A stretch of DNA of 64,000 bases from assembly GCA_016212525.1 (NCBI GenBank), contig JACRGD010000005.1:1300-65299 (forward strand), given 5' to 3'. Under the pieces are notes generated by a model that worked only from the letters and a program-made list of their open reading frames with translations, was not told where the DNA came from and made no database searches. A program made the translations under genes and the position numbers. The stretch comes from Candidatus Micrarchaeota archaeon (GTDB taxonomy: Archaea; Micrarchaeota; Micrarchaeia; Anstonellales; Bilamarchaeaceae). Of the stretch, positions 58,601 through 64,000 are shown in pieces (position 1 is the first letter of the stretch; every line of letters begins with the position of its first letter).

Positions 58601-58645
58601 GATCCGGTCTGCATTCCGATCTATTTCTGTTTGTCCACCTACCAT
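55637..58645 (-). CDS. Large hypothetical Arg/Gln/Thr-rich, lysine-depleted protein
   Basis: 1002-aa ORF with AGGTGA SD, 11 bp after AMP phosphorylase; PTPAP repeats. Confidence 0.85.
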   Translation of the reverse strand: MVGGQTEIDRNADRINTVVTNILSGQTQPALAPEARNYLSDQWRMVYQSQQANGIYMGPNETRNQRAVFVLNELERLRDLGQGVRNDPINAEEMRIAQMVGQGSRTRDFHSPIQNLNHTISGLRHELENAGLVDFHVTARTRPPLPQIQPMHPTQEVRITPATVHSEEYAQQIFTTAQRFGARVVAGDPNWTYQNTMDQLRTLENTFMEAGAQNWSPATLISRFPSGSVVSLIRRHVVNGQFDSQGAIAELDAQRHVLEETHIAQRATHTREELEARLHNPNAELSSDAMTLLRRTNGNVAMAINEAQHFVDGRSSELLRLTGERDRLVAQATANADRQPSTAVAGNYLPGENDMARLNPPERVMTMVRPPTSQAEFEERQREGLVRADLIYLQYRWREGGANSEQLAQGESLFREMSQNTNFWNTWNIQQRNQMGRVPLVQGLEELRVALQIPQNDPISVRIANLSRGVTTNMIAATDQQTVPQARREATIRPEEPPLRIPEVALREPFDRTRPASSGYTLRSDLLDAEQRIAVAQERRREEAAREATAPVPTQDPVSLAAARGQPIPAGEVVNRSRGIVIPSGQTGEAAQGETSARVAVQTPTPAPPVAQTRPAPRQFTVTTANIGTLTLEQLRTPAVADQVTDILNGVHNDNMELTATYRNNRQFAEALQTLSRRIGPDQALATLRFRLESTARDILGPEPTTVQTPQEQPTPAPRRPSAAERAEQRRVEQVTQLVTTRDATFERREAQARRDLQVAQNELDAIERLIATDRAAALRRLTAVRRTIGSRDATSHRVTREGEIGTSLTVYRGNISGVISSLDQLHATDAEKGPIAGRETTRAGFVEQLDRLRDRAAQLEARARVAVTPTPAPRDLTPEEQRLLREAGTMNIQGGGPVVSRESAGWEESRRGAALNRERAEEERAIRAALRTVPSADLDIIIADLVETKHRLERNRLSMSTVYEGIRVIAVGSATLTVDRRVAQYRSEIARIVARLEQEVQ

Positions 58646-58656
58646 CGCAATTCACC

Positions 58657-60219
58657 TCAGCGTATGCTCCCAAGAAGCATTTTTCTCATCTCAATTGGTT
58701 CTAAATCCGCCAGCGCCTTTATTGCGAAATCCAGTTTCGCCTCGCTTTCGGCATAAATTGTAAATAATTTGTCGCCGCGTTCGACCCGATCGCCCCTGAT
58801 TCGATGAAGCAGGACTCCTGCTCCCTTGTCCTTTGGCGATCCTGCGATTCGTGCAATCTTGGCCATTGTTTTGTTGTCAATATGGAAAATGCTTCCACTC
58901 ACATCTGCGATTATTGTGTGAGTGTATTTGCCAATGGGAATATCGGTGCGTTTGAAGTTTTTGTTACCGCCCTGGAGTTCTATGATTTCCCTGAATTTGG
59001 AAAGTGCCTTTCCATTTGTAATGAGATCTTCTGCAACCTTGTAGCCTTTTCCTACCGGAACTTTTCCGCACATTTCAAGAATCTTTCCTGCCATGAGTGA
59101 ACTCTTATGTCTCAAATCGTCTGGTCCATCTCCCCCTAATACGTCTAAAACATCAAGGCATTCGAGGCCAGGTCCAATTCCATTACCTACTGGTTCTGCG
59201 CCGTCAGTTATTATTACTTCTATCTTGAGTCCGAGTTTCTCTCCCACTCGTAGGAAATGTTTTGCGAGTTCATTGCCGCGCTCGACGTATGGAATTTTGA
59301 CTCCGCGTCCCACCGGAATGTCAATAAGTACATATTGTGCACCGACACTCTTCTTCTTTCCAAGAATGCTTGCGAGAAGCATTCCTTCTGGGTCTAAACT
59401 TAGCGGGTGTCTTACTCTAATGAGCTTATCGTCAACCGGAGCGAGTTTCATTCCGCCACCCCAGACCATTGCACCTTTTGATTTGAGGACTATTTCCTTT
59501 AGTTCGTCTATGTTGAACGTTACGTCTGCAAGAACTTCTACGGTGTCTGCCGTCCCTGCTGCTGAAGTTATCGATCTTGAAGATGTTTTTGGGATGTAGA
59601 TTCCTGCTGCTGCAATTATCGGTACTACTACCATTGTTGTTCGATTTCCCGCAACTCCTCCGATACAATGCTTATCTACTATTGGCTTTTTGCCTAAGTT
59701 AAGTTTCTCTCCTGATTCCATGGTAGCATGAGTAAGTGAAATAATTTCATCATCAGAAAGTCCATTTATGTATGCCGCAGTAATCCAGGCCGAGGTTTCG
59801 ATTTCGCTTAATTTATCTTCCATAATTTCTCTGACTATTGTATGAATTTCCTCATCATTTAGCGTTCCTTTATCCAGCTTCTTTTTTATGTAACTAATTG
59901 ATGCGGGTTGATTGAGGTGCAAAATTTCAATTGAGTCGCCTTTTTTGATTCCATTATTTGCTGCCATGTCTTTGTATATTCCAACTTCTCCAGGTCTGAT
60001 TGATTCATGGCCTACATCTACAATTGCAACCAGTTTCTTGTTTTTGATGGTCAACTCTGTTCTAAAGCCGCTATATATATCGTGTTCTTTGGCTTCATCA
60101 TCATTAAGGACTATGATGTTTTTTCCAGCACTTATGTCAAGTACTTTTGCTTTTACTAAGTATTTCTTGAGTCTCCAGACATCTACTTTTTTGACTTGTT
60201 TTTCGTTATATTCAACCAT
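58657..60219 (-). CDS. AMP phosphorylase
   Basis: DKHCIGGVAGN, PKTSSRSITSAAGTAD, SLDPEG; N-terminal extension typical of the archaeal enzyme. Confidence 0.95.
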   Translation of the reverse strand: MVEYNEKQVKKVDVWRLKKYLVKAKVLDISAGKNIIVLNDDEAKEHDIYSGFRTELTIKNKKLVAIVDVGHESIRPGEVGIYKDMAANNGIKKGDSIEILHLNQPASISYIKKKLDKGTLNDEEIHTIVREIMEDKLSEIETSAWITAAYINGLSDDEIISLTHATMESGEKLNLGKKPIVDKHCIGGVAGNRTTMVVVPIIAAAGIYIPKTSSRSITSAAGTADTVEVLADVTFNIDELKEIVLKSKGAMVWGGGMKLAPVDDKLIRVRHPLSLDPEGMLLASILGKKKSVGAQYVLIDIPVGRGVKIPYVERGNELAKHFLRVGEKLGLKIEVIITDGAEPVGNGIGPGLECLDVLDVLGGDGPDDLRHKSSLMAGKILEMCGKVPVGKGYKVAEDLITNGKALSKFREIIELQGGNKNFKRTDIPIGKYTHTIIADVSGSIFHIDNKTMAKIARIAGSPKDKGAGVLLHRIRGDRVERGDKLFTIYAESEAKLDFAIKALADLEPIEMRKMLLGSIR

Positions 60220-60252
60220 TTCATTACCTCTGTAGTATTTTTCTTCTAATCT

Positions 60253-61206
60253 CTATTCAATGATTTTTGGATCGTCTATTATTTTCCTGCCTAATTTCTC
60301 GCTTGCAATGCTAAAGAGCGATTGGGGTGGAATGACTCCTGCTTCTGTTATATATCCACTTATGTATCTGGCAGCAGTTGCCTCAAAGGCCGGATTGCGA
60401 ATTTTTAATTTCTTAGGTGCATCTTCCCAAACTTCCCTCGGGTCTCGCTCTTCGATTTTTTCACGTGTTCCAAAGAGCGTCATTGGGTTATATTTGAAGA
60501 GTTCTGCAGCGCAGTAGAATGAGACATCATTCATGTAGGCAATGTGTGCAAGTGTTGATGTTCCGATTTTGTTTATCAGGTCGCCTCGGGAAGTTATCGA
60601 GTCCGCGCCTACAATTACTATGTCTGCTTTTTTCATCTGATGTGCCATTGCGCCATCGACCGATAATGTTACGTCTATTCCAGCGGCAACAAGTTCGGTT
60701 GCTGTTGTTCTACCCTGGTATCTGGGTCTGGTTTCAAAGCAAATGACTGAAAACTTTTTGCCCTCTTTCTTGGCTTCTTTAATTACTTTTGTTGATGTCG
60801 ATGAATGACAATGTGTTAGGACAACCGCATCATCTGGAATCAGTGCGGCTCCATGTCTGGCAAGTTTTTGGGCATCCGCATCCATTTTTGAGAGCAGATT
60901 CTCTTTTTTCTTTCCAATTTCTAAGGCCAGTTTCGATTTTTCCATCGAACTGTTGCTTCGAATCTGCATTAGTGTGAATCTGCAAACATCTTCGAGCAAA
61001 TTTCGCATCATCGGTTCGGTTGGTCTGGATTTGATTAGTGCGTCTGCAATGATGAGAAGATGCTTATAAAGTGCGTCTGAGTTTTTGGCCGTGCTGTTTT
61101 GGGCTTCAATTGCAAATGCTTCGAGTGCTGATTTTGCAACATTTCTTGCGCCTTGTATTTTGAGTGATTTAATGTCGGCTATGATACGCCTGACTTCCGT
61201 GTGCAT
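60253..61206 (-). CDS. Ribose-1,5-bisphosphate isomerase (eIF-2B family)
   Basis: IQGA, RPTEP, THCHS, ETRP.YQG, GAD, NKIGT, NPAF; adjacent to AMP phosphorylase. Confidence 0.92.
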   Translation of the reverse strand: MHTEVRRIIADIKSLKIQGARNVAKSALEAFAIEAQNSTAKNSDALYKHLLIIADALIKSRPTEPMMRNLLEDVCRFTLMQIRSNSSMEKSKLALEIGKKKENLLSKMDADAQKLARHGAALIPDDAVVLTHCHSSTSTKVIKEAKKEGKKFSVICFETRPRYQGRTTATELVAAGIDVTLSVDGAMAHQMKKADIVIVGADSITSRGDLINKIGTSTLAHIAYMNDVSFYCAAELFKYNPMTLFGTREKIEERDPREVWEDAPKKLKIRNPAFEATAARYISGYITEAGVIPPQSLFSIASEKLGRKIIDDPKIIE

Positions 61207-61257
61207 AGACTGCTAATCGATCTAAGCTATATAAAGCTTTCTTACTCAATTTTGGTT

Positions 61258-62295
61258 ATGATACTTCCATTGTTATTTGATTTGCGTCTTGTTGAGCGAA
61301 GAGCCGAGGGCATTTCCCTAAACACTGCAATTGCGCCGCTGCCTCCGCTTATTCAGGGTTATTTAACTTCCAATATCTCTCCTTCCTTGTCTTTAGAGGA
61401 ACGAACTCGAATAATTCTCCAGCGATTTGACGGCCTTTGCAGAAATGCTCTTGGTGAATCTAATCCTCATCAAAGTCAGGCCGACGCTAACTTGAGAAAA
61501 AGCTTTTTGAAAAATCATCTGGGTGATGATTATCTTGCAAACTTAAGGCAGATCAGAACCCAACTTGTTGCTCTTACTCCTGCATTAGCCCGAACAGAAT
61601 CTCCTTTTGAGGTTCGCGATCATCAGGCTGCCCTGGCTCGGACTCCCCATCCAGATCTTTCGAGAACTGTTCCAGAGCCGGTAGCTCAAGGGCCTTCCGG
61701 GGCTGTTCATTTTACTAACCTTGAAAGAATTGCTACTTCTGTGGGTGTGCAATTGCCTCCGGACGGGACTGCTCAGGAGCAGCTGGAATTTCTGCGTCAG
61801 AAGCTAAGAACTATGGAACGTGATCTTATTGGCTTTCCATTACACCATCACCACGATCCAGATGCAGTTCGATTGCGCACATCTCTACATAATCGCAGCG
61901 ATCTTGCACAGGATCGTGTCCGAAGAGCGCAGCGAGAATTGCGACGCCTGGGAGATGAGGCCACTGCTTCAGAAACGGTGCTGAGCCCTACTTCGATTAC
62001 TATTTCGAGAGCTGAAATGGATCGATCAAATCGTCAACATCAGGTTGTGGCTGCTTTGGGGATGCAAGAGGATTCGGAGCAAACCGCGATCGTTCGTGAA
62101 CTTGAGCGGGTTCAGACTGCCCTTCGTGTCAGAACAATAAAAATCGGCTCGCAAAATGTTCCTCTTGAAACTGCGATCCGTGAACACCCAGAGCGGTTTG
62201 ATCCAATGATAAGGCGAATCGTCGAGCAGCAGGGTGGATTGGCTCAAGCGAGAACGTTTGTCGATGAATCGCTCCAAGCATTGAGGTCGAGTTAA
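61258..62295 (+). CDS. Hypothetical Arg/Gln-rich, lysine-poor helical protein
   Basis: 345 aa from ATG 61258; TATATAAA at 61228. Confidence 0.75.
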   Translation: MILPLLFDLRLVERRAEGISLNTAIAPLPPLIQGYLTSNISPSLSLEERTRIILQRFDGLCRNALGESNPHQSQADANLRKSFLKNHLGDDYLANLRQIRTQLVALTPALARTESPFEVRDHQAALARTPHPDLSRTVPEPVAQGPSGAVHFTNLERIATSVGVQLPPDGTAQEQLEFLRQKLRTMERDLIGFPLHHHHDPDAVRLRTSLHNRSDLAQDRVRRAQRELRRLGDEATASETVLSPTSITISRAEMDRSNRQHQVVAALGMQEDSEQTAIVRELERVQTALRVRTIKIGSQNVPLETAIREHPERFDPMIRRIVEQQGGLAQARTFVDESLQALRSS

Positions 62296-62391
62296 TTATT
62301 TTTTAACTTTAGTTCGGTCTCTTTCTAAAATGAAAATCTAAGAATGAGTCAATAGAAAATAAGAAAAATTAAAGAAAGTTAATTGTAAGAT

Positions 62392-62706
62392 TTATCCAAA
62401 CAAGCTTGCCAATCCTTCGGCTGCCTGTTCTTCTTTCTTACCTGTATCTTCTTCTTTCTTTTCTTCTTTAGCTGCTCCGCCTGCTGCTGGTGCTGCTGCA
62501 ACTGGTGCTGCTGCCATCATGGTGGACTGCTTGAGAAGATCTTCGAAGTTAACTCCCTTGACTGCCTCTGCAAGAACTTTTGCTCTTGCGTGGTCAGCTT
62601 CTACGCCTGCTGCCTTTACGACTGCGACGATGTGAGCTTCACTTACTTCCTTGCCTGCCCCGTGAAGGACAAGAACTGCATGCAAATATGGATCTACTTT
62701 AGTCAT
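62392..62706 (-). CDS. rpl12: 50S ribosomal protein L12 (P1)
   Basis: YLHAVLVLH, Ala-rich hinge, acidic tail, GLASLFG. Confidence 0.97.
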   Translation of the reverse strand: MTKVDPYLHAVLVLHGAGKEVSEAHIVAVVKAAGVEADHARAKVLAEAVKGVNFEDLLKQSTMMAAAPVAAAPAAGGAAKEEKKEEDTGKKEEQAAEGLASLFG

Positions 62707-62732
62707 ATATATACACCTCAAATATCAATTAT

Positions 62733-63590
62733 TTATTTTTTCTCCAAGCTGTTTAGAGCCGAACCCTGCCGCATGGCAGAGACGAGAAGCTGCTCCGCAA
62801 AACTTGTTGAGTATAAGTTTCCATTGAGTGCTACGTTCATGGACTGTTTGATTGCATTGCCCAAAAGGATTTCTGCGTTTAATCCGGTTGGATATTGCAA
62901 GTTCAAAGATACGTTAAGGCCCTGACCAATGCATGAGCCTAAATCGGTTGCTGCCGTATCTGCTCCATCAAGTAACTCTCTGGAATATGTATATTCACCA
63001 TCAAAACCAATGATGAATTTTGCCATCGTTTCAAATGGCTGGATGTTAAGGCTCTGAAGTGCCTTGATTTTTTGAACTGTCAGCTTTTCTCCTGCCTTTG
63101 CAAGTGTGCTGTCCTTTGTGACTGCGATCTTACCAGCTTTGATCTGAACGTTCAATCCTGCTGCTTTCAATTCTGAAAGGGCTGGACCTGGAGGTAAGTC
63201 AGTATCTCCTGCCGGAACAACAAGTTCAACATCTGTGATTTCACCAATCTTGGCTGCTCTCTTCTTCTTATTTTGTTTGAAGAAGACGTTCATATCATAT
63301 GGTGACTTGTTTGTAAGTATGAATGCCATCGGTTTGTTGCATTCAGTTGTGTACTTTGCCATTTTTGGAATGCCTTCAAGTACTCTTATTGCGACTGGCT
63401 TTCTTAGAACTAAAACGGTTCCGCCTTCTTGTCTTACTTTCTGCCTTAGCTTCTGAAATAATGCATCTGGCAATTGTCTTAAATCAAGAAGAACTACTGT
63501 CTTGTATTTCTTTACTGCCTTAAGTGCGCTCTGAACTTCCTCTACTTTCTTTTTTACTGCGCTTCGATTAACGTCAATTTTGTATTCCAT
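62733..63590 (-). CDS. rpl10: 50S ribosomal protein L10 (P0)
   Basis: AKIGEI, VPAGDTDLPPGPALSEL, IKAGKI; YP-containing stalk helices. Confidence 0.95.
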   Translation of the reverse strand: MEYKIDVNRSAVKKKVEEVQSALKAVKKYKTVVLLDLRQLPDALFQKLRQKVRQEGGTVLVLRKPVAIRVLEGIPKMAKYTTECNKPMAFILTNKSPYDMNVFFKQNKKKRAAKIGEITDVELVVPAGDTDLPPGPALSELKAAGLNVQIKAGKIAVTKDSTLAKAGEKLTVQKIKALQSLNIQPFETMAKFIIGFDGEYTYSRELLDGADTAATDLGSCIGQGLNVSLNLQYPTGLNAEILLGNAIKQSMNVALNGNLYSTSFAEQLLVSAMRQGSALNSLEKK

Positions 63591-63600
63591 TTGAAATCAC

Positions 63601-63999
63601 CTAATCTCTCTGCACCTGAGCCCGGATTGGTTTGCCCATTGTGAGCTTTACATAAATCGATTTTATGTTTCCTTCACTCACTTTTGCTCGGATTGCTTCG
63701 TAAATAGTTTCAGCGTTTTCTACCAGTTCTTCTGGCGTCATAGTTTCTGTGCCTATGAGTGCCTGTGCGACCGGGAGATATTTTCCCTTGGATAATATTC
63801 TTACGCTCTTTTTGGATCGCTCTATCATATCTTTTACGTTTCCAATGATTGGCTTTGGTAATTTACCTTTCTTACCCAAAACCTGACCTAGTGATTTAGC
63901 AACAGCTCCCATCTGGTTTGGCTGTGCTAAAAGGAAGTAGTTCTTTGCAAGATCAGTTAATTTGTCTTTTGCTGCGTAGTTTGCAATCTCGTTTGGAAG
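63601..63999 (-). CDS. rpl1: 50S ribosomal protein L1, 3' part (runs off window)
   Basis: LGQVLGKKGKLPKP, IGTE.M....L.EN, YVKLTMGKP. Confidence 0.95.
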   Translation of the reverse strand, partial: LPNEIANYAAKDKLTDLAKNYFLLAQPNQMGAVAKSLGQVLGKKGKLPKPIIGNVKDMIERSKKSVRILSKGKYLPVAQALIGTETMTPEELVENAETIYEAIRAKVSEGNIKSIYVKLTMGKPIRAQVQRD

Positions 64000-64000
64000 A

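Overview
64 kb of an archaeal chromosome. Archaeal markers are the rpl1-rpl10(P0)-rpl12(P1) cluster, Dph6, AMP phosphorylase with ribose-1,5-bisphosphate isomerase, intron-containing tRNA-Asp and tRNA-Tyr, and TATA-box promoters. The compact, orphan-rich layout suggests a DPANN (Micrarchaeota-like) lineage, but that is inference. It is unusually biosynthetic for such an organism: carAB, bacterial-type purH and a complete LysW-dependent alpha-aminoadipate lysine operon with a divergent Lrp/LysM regulator. It also has two toxin-antitoxin pairs, a PadR-led MacB-type ABC exporter and a free-standing LAGLIDADG endonuclease between structured DNA elements. Strongest leads: (1) a ~2,500-aa secreted subtilase with peptidoglycan-binding modules inserted into repeat domains and a catalytically dead clostripain domain; (2) three nearly lysine-free, Arg-rich orphan proteins, one with 2 Lys in 1002 aa; (3) a ~135-nt purH leader with mutually exclusive folds, a possible archaeal riboswitch; (4) a duplicated orphan gene with a conserved promoter/operator. 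All calls come from reading motifs by eye; no database searches were run.
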